64,000 bases of DNA from Gemmatimonadales bacterium (GTDB lineage Bacteria; Gemmatimonadota; Gemmatimonadetes; Gemmatimonadales; GWC2-71-9): the NCBI GenBank assembly GCA_036741715.1, contig DAINRR010000006.1:11106-75105 (forward strand). The letters run 5' to 3'. This document shows positions 1-11,136 of the stretch, one piece after another. Positions within the stretch are counted from its first letter, which is position 1; each line of letters opens with the position of its first letter. Below the pieces are notes generated by a model that was not told where the DNA came from, made no database searches, and was given only the letters and a program-made list of their open reading frames with translations. Position numbers and translations under genes: made by a program.

Positions 1-578
1 ATGCGCCCACTCGCCAGGTCCTCGACATAGAGGTTGTTCTCACGCACATACGCGACCCGGCCGCCGTCCGGCGAGAACTTGGCGAACATCAGCGTGGACG
101 GCTTCGCCTCCGTTCCGCCGAGCTTGCTGAGCTTCCCGGCCTGGCGATCGAGGACCCAGTAATCACCACGCGTGTTCGTGCGCCAGACCGGCTGCGAGTT
201 CGTGAAGATGAGGAGCCGGTTGCGGTCGGGAGACCAGATGTAGTTCTCGATGGCGAGCGGAACGCTGTCGCCCGGGGCGGTGAGCTGGGCCGCGCTGATG
301 AGCACGGAGCGCGCCCCCTTCTCGGTATCGTAGCGGACGATCTCGCGCCCGCGGCCCCCCTCCGCACGCTCCACCGTCGTATAGGCGGCACCGTCTTCGA
401 GCCACCGGATCGGCCCGAACTGCTGGGACGCGAACTCCGTGCTCCCATAGATGCGCGCGACGGTGAGGACCGCCGAGTCGGCGACGACCGGGGCCGACGG
501 CGCCGACGGCGTACCCTGCGCAAGGAGCGGCTGCGCGACCAGGGCGAGAAGGAGCGGGATGCGGAGGAGCCTGACCAT
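1..578 (-). CDS. Dipeptidyl-peptidase IV (S9B) family peptidase, N-terminal part; gene continues past window start
   Basis: Own translation from ATG at 578-576. It is absent from the ORF track because no stop falls in the window. Signal peptide MVRLLRIPLLLALVAQPLLAQG, then IYGSTEFASQQFGPIRWLEDGAAYTTVERAEGG ... RVAYVRENNLYVEDLASG, typical of the DPP-IV N-terminal propeller. The listed ORF 89..1282 is an out-of-frame Arg-rich artefact. Confidence 0.7.
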   Translation of the reverse strand, partial: MVRLLRIPLLLALVAQPLLAQGTPSAPSAPVVADSAVLTVARIYGSTEFASQQFGPIRWLEDGAAYTTVERAEGGRGREIVRYDTEKGARSVLISAAQLTAPGDSVPLAIENYIWSPDRNRLLIFTNSQPVWRTNTRGDYWVLDRQAGKLSKLGGTEAKPSTLMFAKFSPDGGRVAYVRENNLYVEDLASGR

Positions 579-660
579 AGGAAGACGAACCGGGATGAAG
601 GTGAGCCCATGACAGGGCGCGCAGGATTTCGCGGGTGACCCGCGGCCGGACCGACGGAAT

Positions 661-3537
<2,877 letters not shown>

Positions 3538-3716
3538 AGCCCCGAAAGGTACCCGAAGCGGGCGGGTTCGCTCAAGGGTCAGGGGCGGGCGGTGTGCGAG
3601 AGAGGGATCGGGTTGGGGAGGACTGGGCACACGAAAACACGAAATGACGAATGGGGGCGGTGGCGGGCAGGGTCCCGATCGATGCTCGGGCATCGCGGTC
3701 GGCTCGGGGTTGCGCT

Positions 3717-3960
3717 GATCGCGAAAGTGCGAAAACGCGAAAGGAACTTCAAAAGCAAGAAATGCCTCCGCTCGAGGCACGGGCCCGGCTCGTCCGGCAG
3801 AGTCTGAAGCGGTTGTCTGTGGGCTCCCTGCACGCCCGGCTCATGGAGCCCGCGGGGAAGCCCACAAACCCCAGACGCTTCTATCCCACTACGGATTCGG
3901 AGCCGGCACGCAAACAGAACCTTTCGCGGTTTTCGCTGTTCTTTCGCGCTTTCGCGATTC
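3717..3960. repeat. Imperfect inverted repeat built from CGCGAAAG units (arms 3717-3747 and 3917-3960) flanking a GC-rich hairpin (3818-3866)
   Basis: Left arm is gatcgcgaaagtgcgaaaacgcgaaaggaac. The reverse complement of the right arm is gaatcgcgaaagcgcgaaagaacagcgaaaaccgcgaaaggttc. The 8-mer CGCGAAAG occurs 2x forward and 3x reverse. Central stem tgtgggctccctgc / gcggggaagcccaca. Confidence 0.5.
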
Positions 3961-4158
3961 ACCCACCGCCTCCCCGCACCTGACGCGCCGCCTGACACCG
4001 TACGCCCCGCCCGTCTTCTTACTTTCGTGTGCCGCCGTCCGGCCTGTCCCCATCGGGATCTCAGCCGAACGCGCGAGGACGGCAAGCCTCCACGCCTGTC
4101 CGCATGGGCGTCGCCCCATTACCATACGCACAGCGAATTATCGGAATCCGGAGTGCGA

Positions 4159-4836
4159 ATGGAACACGAGCGCCGCGATGCGCCCGGCGATCGCCCTGTC
4201 ATCGAAGAAGCCCCTCCCGCCCGGGAGGAGGAACGGCTCGTCCGCGAAGCGCTCGCCGCGTGGGACGCCGGGCGGTACCGCGAGGCGGGCGCGCATTATC
4301 GCACGATCCTCTCACGCGATCCGCGGCAGGTCGAAGCGCGCATCGGGCTCTCGCGCGCGCTCGAGGCCGATGAGCAGCCGGAGGCGGCCATCGCCACGCT
4401 GACCGAGGCGATCGAGCTGGCACCCGACCAGACCGAATTCCTCGTCGAGCGGGGCAGCGTCCTCGGTCGGCTCCGCCGCTTTCCCGAGGCGGAAGCCGAC
4501 CTGCGACGAGTGCTGAAGCTGCATCCCGCGCACGGGCCGGCGCTGCACGAGCTCGGGCTGCTGCTGCTCAAGAAGGGCCTGGCCGCGCCCGCCGCCGAGA
4601 TGCTGCAGCGCGCGGCCGCACTGCAGCCGGGGCGCCCCGATGCCTATCTTCACCTCGGCGACGCGCTCAATCGCGCCGGCGACCTGCGCGGCGCCGTCAC
4701 GGCGCTCGAGCGGGCGCTGGAGCTCGATCCCTCACATCGTCACACATACAATGTTCTCGGGCGTGTTCTCGACCGGCTCGGCAGGCCGACCGAGGCGGAA
4801 GCGCTCTACCGGCGGGCACAGGAACTCGATTCGTGA
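4159..4836 (+). CDS. Tetratricopeptide (TPR) repeat protein
   Basis: ORF 4027..4836 trimmed to ATG 4159 preceded by GGAG. Several 34-aa TPR-like units (AGAHYRTILSRDPRQVEARIGLSRALE; AEADLRRVLKLHPAHGPALHELGLLLLKKG; DAYLHLGDALNRAGDLRGAVTALERALELDP; TYNVLGRVLDRLGRPTEAEALYRRAQELD). Confidence 0.8.
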   Translation: MEHERRDAPGDRPVIEEAPPAREEERLVREALAAWDAGRYREAGAHYRTILSRDPRQVEARIGLSRALEADEQPEAAIATLTEAIELAPDQTEFLVERGSVLGRLRRFPEAEADLRRVLKLHPAHGPALHELGLLLLKKGLAAPAAEMLQRAAALQPGRPDAYLHLGDALNRAGDLRGAVTALERALELDPSHRHTYNVLGRVLDRLGRPTEAEALYRRAQELDS

Positions 4837-5327
4837 TCCAGGCCGTCGTCGATGATCTCGCCTTTCTCGAGGCGGAAGCCGTGCTGCGCCCGGCCGACGC
4901 GTCCCTCGAGCCGGTGACCGCCTCCGCCGTACGGCTCGACCGGCAGGCGGGACCGGCCTTTGCGGCGCAGCGCCGCGTGTCGACCCCGCTCGAGGCCGGC
5001 GCCGCCGTGATCACCGGGGCCGGCGACCTCGCTGCCGACTACGTGCTCCACGTCATCATCCAGGATCCCGAGACGCTCACCACCCGCGAGACGGTGCGCC
5101 GGGCGCTCGTCAGTGCCTGGGAGCGCTGCGCCGAGTGGGGCATCCATACCGTGGCGTCGGCGCCCGTCGGCGCCGGTGCCGGACTGCTCGATATCGAGGA
5201 AGCGGCCGAGCTGATGGCGGCCACGTTCCCGCCGGCGGCGGCCTGCCCGGCCTCGCTCACGATCGTGCTCGAGCGCGAGGAAGACCGTGCGATGGTGGAG
5301 GCCGTGCTGCGGCGCCGCGGCGGATGA
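4833..5327 (+). CDS. Macro-domain-like protein (divergent, tentative)
   Basis: GTG start overlaps the TPR stop (GTGA). About 164 aa with macro-like layout (AAVITGAGDLAADYVLHVI; IHTVASAPVGAGAGLLDIEEAA). The canonical NAAN/GGG ADP-ribose contacts are not recognisable. Confidence 0.55.
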   Translation: MIQAVVDDLAFLEAEAVLRPADASLEPVTASAVRLDRQAGPAFAAQRRVSTPLEAGAAVITGAGDLAADYVLHVIIQDPETLTTRETVRRALVSAWERCAEWGIHTVASAPVGAGAGLLDIEEAAELMAATFPPAAACPASLTIVLEREEDRAMVEAVLRRRGG

Positions 5328-6694
5328 AACCGCGGAAGCTGCACGTTGCGGGCGCGCTCATCATCCTCGCGTGGCTGGCCTCGCTCGGCTGGCTCGTGCG
5401 ACGGGAATATTTCGGCGGCACGCCGGGCGACGTGGCCGCGTCGGCGCGAGTGACGCCGGGTGCCGTCTTCTTTGCGGTCTACCTCAACGATCGTCAGATC
5501 GGCACGGGCGCGACGACGGTCGATACGTTGAGCGACGGCGTCCGCATCTCCGGCCGCACCGACGTGCTCCTTCCCGACGGGAGCGCCTCACGCCGCATTC
5601 GTACGGCCAGCGAAGTCCGCCTGGCGCCCTCGCTCGCACTCACCTCGTTCCGGCACGGCGTGACCGGCGACGCCCCCGACGTGGTCGTGCTCGCGCAGCG
5701 GGTCGACGGCAGCCTCCGCGTGTCACTCGAGTGGCCGGGCCGCGCCGCCGCATCGCGCCCCGCCCCATCCCATGCGCTGCCCGAGATTGCCCTGCCCGTC
5801 AGGATCGTCGCGGATGGACCTCTCGAGGAGGGCCGGCGAGTCGAGGTGCCGCTCATCGAGCCGCTCTCCGGCGCCGTACGTCAGGCGAGCTTCCTCATCG
5901 GCGCGCCCGTGCAATTCGTGGTACCGGACAGCGCCATGCTCGACTCGAACCGGCGACTCTGGGTACCTGCGCACATGGACTCGGTGGTAGCGTGGAGCGT
6001 CACCGAGGAGGGCAGCACGGTGAACGCGCGGATGTGGATCGACCAGCAGGGCTTCGTCGTGCGGGCGGAGACGCCGCAGGGATGGACGATCGTCCGGACC
6101 GCCTTCGAGATCGCGCAGCTCAATCTGCGCGCGGGCCGGGGCGGCCGCATGCCGACTCCGCCATTGAGCCTCGGGGATCTTCGATTCGCGGAATACCCTG
6201 CCGACGTCCAGCCCGGCGATACCGCCCCTGGCCCGCTCGTGCCTTCGGATGCGGTCGCGATCGATTCGGTGGCTGCCAGGCTCGCACCGGATACGCTCGC
6301 CGGCGAGGCTCGGGCGCGCGCCCTCTTCGACTACGTCGCACGGCGGATCGCCGCGGGTGACGGTCCCCCGGACGCCGAAGCCGCGCTGCGGACCCGGCGC
6401 GGGTCCGCGGTGTCGCGGGCACTGCTCCTGACCGCGCTTGTACGCGCCGCCGGTATTCCCGCTCGCAGCGTGAGCGGCGCGCGTTTTGCCGACGGCGTGT
6501 GGCGGCCCGACGCCTGGGTGTCGGTGTACCTGGGCGAATGGATCGACGTGGACCCGGCGCGCCGGGCCTGGCCCGCCGATTCCCTGCGGTTCCCCGTCCA
6601 GCGCGATGGCGGAGGACACCCGCTCGAGGTCCTGGCCCCCGCAGCCCGGCTCACCCGGCCGCGGTTTCCCGACTCCCCCGGCAGAACGCCATGA
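5324..6694 (+). CDS. Membrane-anchored transglutaminase-like domain protein with degenerate catalytic triad
   Basis: ORF 5135..6694 trimmed to ATG 5324, which overlaps the upstream stop (ATGA). N-terminal TM helix HVAGALIILAWLASLGWLV. C-terminal transglutaminase-core pattern RRGSAVSRALLLTALVRAAGIPARSVSG...PDAWVSVYLGEWIDVDPA. Confidence 0.75.
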   Translation: MKPRKLHVAGALIILAWLASLGWLVRREYFGGTPGDVAASARVTPGAVFFAVYLNDRQIGTGATTVDTLSDGVRISGRTDVLLPDGSASRRIRTASEVRLAPSLALTSFRHGVTGDAPDVVVLAQRVDGSLRVSLEWPGRAAASRPAPSHALPEIALPVRIVADGPLEEGRRVEVPLIEPLSGAVRQASFLIGAPVQFVVPDSAMLDSNRRLWVPAHMDSVVAWSVTEEGSTVNARMWIDQQGFVVRAETPQGWTIVRTAFEIAQLNLRAGRGGRMPTPPLSLGDLRFAEYPADVQPGDTAPGPLVPSDAVAIDSVAARLAPDTLAGEARARALFDYVARRIAAGDGPPDAEAALRTRRGSAVSRALLLTALVRAAGIPARSVSGARFADGVWRPDAWVSVYLGEWIDVDPARRAWPADSLRFPVQRDGGGHPLEVLAPAARLTRPRFPDSPGRTP

Positions 6695-7449
6695 TCGAAG
6701 TCATCGACCTGGTCAAGCGATACGGTTCGTTCACCGCGGTGGACTCGCTCTCGCTCACCGTCCCTCGCGGAACGCTGTTCGGCTTCCTCGGCCCCAACGG
6801 CGCCGGGAAGACGACCACGATGCGGATGATCGCCCAGATTCTGCGGCCCACGTCGGGCGAGATCCGCATCGCCGGCCGCCCCACCTGGGACCAGCCGCAG
6901 GCGATCAAGTCCATCATCGGCTATATCCCCGACCGCCCGTTCGTCTACGACAAGCTGACGGGTGCGGAGTTCGTCCGGTTCGTGGCCGCACTCTACGGCC
7001 AGTCGGGTCCGGCGCTCGACCGGCGCATGCTCGAGCTGCTCGAGCTCTTCGAGCTGACACCATGGAAGGATGAGCTCACCGAGTCGTACAGTCACGGCAT
7101 GCGGCAGAAGCTGATCATCGCGAGCGCCTTCGCCCACCGGCCCGAGGTCATCGTGGTGGACGAGCCGATGGTCGGCCTCGATCCCAAGAGCGCTCGGCTC
7201 CTCAAGGATCTCTTCCGGCAGTTCGTCGATCGCGGGGGCACCGTCCTGATGAGCACCCATACCCTCGAGATCGCCGAGGGGATGTGCGACCGGATCGGCA
7301 TCATCCAGGGCGGGCGCCTCATCGCCGAGGGCACGATGGACGAGCTGCGGTCGCAGTCCGCCTCGGGCGACGAGAGCCTCGAGGAGCTCTTCCTCCGGCT
7401 CACGGGTGGCCTCCGTCCCAACGCGCTCGACTCGATCTTCGATGCATGA
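6691..7449 (+). CDS. ABC transporter ATP-binding protein
   Basis: ORF 6499..7449 trimmed to ATG 6691 (ATGA overlap). Walker A GPNGAGKTT, signature YSHGMRQK, Walker B IIVVDEP, H-loop MSTHT. Confidence 0.9.
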   Translation: MIEVIDLVKRYGSFTAVDSLSLTVPRGTLFGFLGPNGAGKTTTMRMIAQILRPTSGEIRIAGRPTWDQPQAIKSIIGYIPDRPFVYDKLTGAEFVRFVAALYGQSGPALDRRMLELLELFELTPWKDELTESYSHGMRQKLIIASAFAHRPEVIVVDEPMVGLDPKSARLLKDLFRQFVDRGGTVLMSTHTLEIAEGMCDRIGIIQGGRLIAEGTMDELRSQSASGDESLEELFLRLTGGLRPNALDSIFDA

Positions 7450-9157
7450 CGTGATTCCCGCGACCGCGCCCCGGCAGCCGGGGCTCGGTGCGGTGCTCGC
7501 GCCCAAGTGGCGAAGCGCGCTCGCGCGGGCGCGCACCACGCAGCGCGGCCGCGGCGCACGGCTGGTGCTGCTGCTCGGCGTCGGCGGCCTCTTCTGGACG
7601 GCGGCCTTCGGGATCAGCTACCGCGTGCTCCGGTACATCAGCGTCCAGCAGGACATCGGCTTCCTGATCGCCTCGAAGATGCTGGGCGTCATCCTCCTCG
7701 CCTTCGCGGCCATCCTGCTCCTGTCGAACCTCATCACCGCGCTCTCCAGCTTCTTCCTCGCGAAGGATCTCGACCTGCTCGTGGCGGCGCCGCTCCACTG
7801 GTTCCGCCTCTACGTCGCCAAGCTGTTCGAGACCGCGGCGCATTCGAGCTGGATGGTGGTGCTGATCGCCCTGCCGATCCTCACGGCATACGGCATCGTG
7901 TACGACGGCGGCGTCCTGTTCCCGTTCGTGGCGCTCGCCGCGCTGATCCCGTTCGTCATCCTGCCCGCCGTCATCGGCTCCGCGATCACGCTCGTCCTGG
8001 TGAACGTCTTCCCCGCCCGCCGCGCGCGGGACCTGCTGAGCCTCGTGGCGATCGGCGCCGTCGGCGGGCTCGTGCTGATGCTTCGCGTGATGCGGCCCGA
8101 GCAGCTCGTCCGGCCGGAGGGCTTCGCGAGCCTGGTCGAGTTCCTGGCGGTCCTTCGCGCGCCGACCAATCCGTTCCTGCCGACGGAATGGGTGGCCGAC
8201 ATGATCATGAACTGGCTGCGGCACGTGGCCGATCCGTTGCCGATCACGCTGCTCTACACCACCGCCGCGGCGTTCGTGATCATGGGCGGGTGGCTGCATG
8301 GGCGGCTCTTCCGCGAAGGGTACAGCAAGTCGCAGGAGGGGGCCGAGCGGTTCGTCCGGGGCCGCAGACTCGGCGCTGCCGCAGGCTGGCTGCTGGCCGG
8401 CGTTCCGGCCGAGCGGCGCGAGTTCCTCCTCAAGGACCTCCGGCTCTTCTTCCGCGATCCGACCCAGTGGAGCCAGCTCATCCTCCTCGGCGTGCTGGTG
8501 GTGGTCTACCTCTTCAACATCCGGTCGCTCCCGCTCTTCTCGGGCGAGCGGGTGCCGTTCTTCCTGATCACGGTCATCGTCTTCCTGAATCTCGGCCTCG
8601 CGGGATTCGTGCTGTCGGCGATCGCGGCGCGCTTCGTCTTTCCGGCCGTGTCGCTCGAGGGCCGGCAGATGTGGCTCATTCATTCGAGCCCGCTGAAATT
8701 CAGCTCCCTCCTCTGGAGCAAGTACTGGCTCGGCACGCTGCCGCTCCTCCTCCTCGCCGTGTTCATCACCGTCGCGACCAACCTCCTGCTCGAAGCGTCC
8801 GGCTTCATGATGGCGGTCAGCGTGGCGACGCTCATGCTCTTCACGTTCGCCGCGAGCGCGATGGCCCTCTGCTTCGGGACGTACTACCCGAAGTTCGACA
8901 CGGAGAACGCCGCGCAGATTCCCACGAGCTTCGGCGGGCTCGTCTTCATGATGAGCGCGATCACGCTGCTCGGGCTCGTGATCGCGATCGAGGCCGTGCC
9001 GGTCAGCTCCTACCTGCGCGCGCGGCAGAGCGGTGAACCGCTCGGGTTCTCCGCCGAGCTGCTCGTGGCGGGCGCGCTGGTGATCGGTCTCTGCGTATCG
9101 GCGACCGTGATCTCCCTCCGCCTCGCCGTGCGAAAGCTCGATACGCTCGAATCGTAG
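7442..9157 (+). CDS. Large polytopic ABC-exporter permease (putative ABC exporter family)
   Basis: ORF 7406..9157 trimmed to ATG 7442, giving an 8-nt overlap with the ATPase stop. About 570 aa with 10 or more hydrophobic helices throughout. Confidence 0.8.
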   Translation: MHDVIPATAPRQPGLGAVLAPKWRSALARARTTQRGRGARLVLLLGVGGLFWTAAFGISYRVLRYISVQQDIGFLIASKMLGVILLAFAAILLLSNLITALSSFFLAKDLDLLVAAPLHWFRLYVAKLFETAAHSSWMVVLIALPILTAYGIVYDGGVLFPFVALAALIPFVILPAVIGSAITLVLVNVFPARRARDLLSLVAIGAVGGLVLMLRVMRPEQLVRPEGFASLVEFLAVLRAPTNPFLPTEWVADMIMNWLRHVADPLPITLLYTTAAAFVIMGGWLHGRLFREGYSKSQEGAERFVRGRRLGAAAGWLLAGVPAERREFLLKDLRLFFRDPTQWSQLILLGVLVVVYLFNIRSLPLFSGERVPFFLITVIVFLNLGLAGFVLSAIAARFVFPAVSLEGRQMWLIHSSPLKFSSLLWSKYWLGTLPLLLLAVFITVATNLLLEASGFMMAVSVATLMLFTFAASAMALCFGTYYPKFDTENAAQIPTSFGGLVFMMSAITLLGLVIAIEAVPVSSYLRARQSGEPLGFSAELLVAGALVIGLCVSATVISLRLAVRKLDTLES

Positions 9158-9286
9158 CGCGCCGTAGCCGCGCCTTTTTCCTCACCGACATGCGTAGCGA
9201 TGGTGCCGGTCCGGCGAGCTCGATCGCCGACCTTGGGGCCGCTGTACCGCCATCCCACCCGGGAGGCGGCCACCCAAGGAGGCCCC

Positions 9287-10465
9287 ATGCGTCGCACGCT
9301 CACGCTGCTGTTTCTCATCCTCGGCGCCGCCTGCGCCGGAGACATGCCGACCACCGAAAGCGAGCTGAGCCTCGCATCCGCCCGCTCCGACCACGCACGC
9401 GAGGCGCTCGCGCGCCGGTTCGCGCGCGCCCTCGCCGAACCCGCCTTCCGTTCGGCAGTGGGAACCGCGCTCGGCGCGTCCCGCCATCCGGAAGGCAAGA
9501 TCCATGTGGGTCGCTTTCTCCGTGCGGATGGCGGGCGCGCGGCCCGCGCCCTCGGCGCCGATGCTGCCGAGCTCGCCCGTGCCGAAGGGCTCGAGGCGTA
9601 CTTCCCGGTGCCGGCGCATCGCGCGGCATGGCAGGGCGGAGCCGATCTCCTCGTCGGGACGATCGGCGCGGACGCCGATCAGCCCGTCGGGTTCGACATG
9701 CGGGGTCAGCGCATCGCGCTCGACCCGAAGGCACCCCCGGTGGCTCCCGTGCTCGCGGTGGTGCCGGTGGAAACCGATTTCGGGCCGGAAGGGGGCGGGC
9801 TCAGCGCGGCCGAGATGTGCGCAGGATGTGACGACGGCGAGGGTGGCGTCGGGTCCGGCGGGGGCGGCTCGTCGATCACGCCGGGCCTGTACCTTCGCAC
9901 GAGTCACCTCAGGGAGAGCTTCGAGTCCTGGCTCAAGGGCAGCCCGGAAATCGAGATCCTCGTGCTCGGGCAGAAAGGCGCCACGGATTCCCTCACGAAG
10001 TACCAGTGCGCCGGCAACTTCGCCCCGGGGGCCTATTATTTCGACCAGAACTCGCTCGACTGGAGCGGCACCGCGCTCATCATGTCGCAGGCACAGCTCG
10101 ACGCATACAATGCCCAGCACCCGGGTCAGGCCGTCCGCCTCTTCTTCATGGAGGACGACGACACATCGTGCGAGGTCCGCGCGAACAACACCGACCTCCG
10201 CCAGCTGCTCACCAGCGTGGACTCGCTCGTCAAGGGATTGTCCGGCGGGCACGCCGAAGAGTCGGCGACGGGAAGGGCCTTCCGCTATTTCAAGGCCGCG
10301 CAGAAGATCCTCAGCGTCGTGGCTTCCGCCATCAGGACCAATGACGACCTGATCGGCAACGCCGTCGAGGACGTGACCACCACCGAGCGGTATGCGGGCT
10401 ACAACTGGATCATCAAGGGAGCGGACGGCAGGACCAATGGGTACGTGAAGCTCGAAATGCGGTGA
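9287..10465 (+). CDS. Hypothetical lipoprotein
   Basis: ORF 9200..10465 trimmed to ATG 9287 preceded by AGGAGG. Lipobox LFLILGAAC. No family recognised. Confidence 0.7.
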   Translation: MRRTLTLLFLILGAACAGDMPTTESELSLASARSDHAREALARRFARALAEPAFRSAVGTALGASRHPEGKIHVGRFLRADGGRAARALGADAAELARAEGLEAYFPVPAHRAAWQGGADLLVGTIGADADQPVGFDMRGQRIALDPKAPPVAPVLAVVPVETDFGPEGGGLSAAEMCAGCDDGEGGVGSGGGGSSITPGLYLRTSHLRESFESWLKGSPEIEILVLGQKGATDSLTKYQCAGNFAPGAYYFDQNSLDWSGTALIMSQAQLDAYNAQHPGQAVRLFFMEDDDTSCEVRANNTDLRQLLTSVDSLVKGLSGGHAEESATGRAFRYFKAAQKILSVVASAIRTNDDLIGNAVEDVTTTERYAGYNWIIKGADGRTNGYVKLEMR

Positions 10466-10486
10466 GGACCATTCGCGCAGCGACCG

Positions 10487-10518
10487 GAGGCCGGCACATC
10501 GACGGGTGTGCCGGCCTC
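10487..10518. terminator. Bidirectional stem-loop between convergent genes
   Basis: gaggccggcaca-tcgacggg-tgtgccggcctc is a perfect 12-bp stem. It lies between the stop at 10465 (+) and the stop at 10524 (-). Confidence 0.55.
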
Positions 10519-10523
10519 GTCCA

Positions 10524-11033
10524 TCAGGGCGGCGAAGCCGCGAATGGCTCCCGTTCCCAGCGCCACACGGGACCGTCCTCCGGATCGACGACGGTGGCGG
10601 TCCGGGCAAAGCCCAGCCGCGCAAGGAGCCGGGCGGAGGCTCCCGGCTCGGGCAGCGTGTGTGCGCGGAGCGTACGGACGGGGTGGCCACTCGCCAGCGC
10701 ACAGAGCGCGCGCGCCATGGCGGTCGCGATGCCCCGCCCTTCCCCGCCCGGAAAGGTGAAGTACGCGATCTCAACGGCACCCTCCGCGTCGGGCGCCCCC
10801 TTGAACCCGCAGGTGCCTACGACCAGTCTCGTCGACGGATCCACTGCGAGGTAACCACCCCAGGGTGGATCGATCCCTTCGCGCTCCTGAAAGGCGGCGG
10901 AATTCGTGGCCACGACCTGAATCAGGGCGGCATGGGCCCCCATGCCGAAGCCGGCGCTCCGCGAGTAGCGGATCGGATCTTCGGCCAGCCGGCGGAACTC
11001 GGCGGCGCTGAACTCCAGCAGATCGATCTCCAT
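10524..11033 (-). CDS. GNAT family N-acetyltransferase
   Basis: ORF 10524..11138 trimmed to MEIDLLEFSAAEF. Acetyl-CoA motif region EGRGIATAMARAL and ARLLARLGF. Confidence 0.8.
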   Translation of the reverse strand: MEIDLLEFSAAEFRRLAEDPIRYSRSAGFGMGAHAALIQVVATNSAAFQEREGIDPPWGGYLAVDPSTRLVVGTCGFKGAPDAEGAVEIAYFTFPGGEGRGIATAMARALCALASGHPVRTLRAHTLPEPGASARLLARLGFARTATVVDPEDGPVWRWEREPFAASPP

Positions 11034-11136
11034 GCATCCGACTCCCAGTCGAAACCTCGGGCCCCTCTCTTCCGTCCCATTGCGATATACTCTCTCCGTA
11101 CGGGCGGAATCGCCACCCTGAACCAAGGAGCAGTGC

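Noticed and set aside
3651-3983. 110-aa plus-strand ORF inside the long uvrA/TPR intergenic region
   Set aside because: It has poor codon bias, no Shine-Dalgarno motif and no recognisable domain. It spans both arms of the inverted repeat, so the region is better explained as noncoding repeat or structured sequence.
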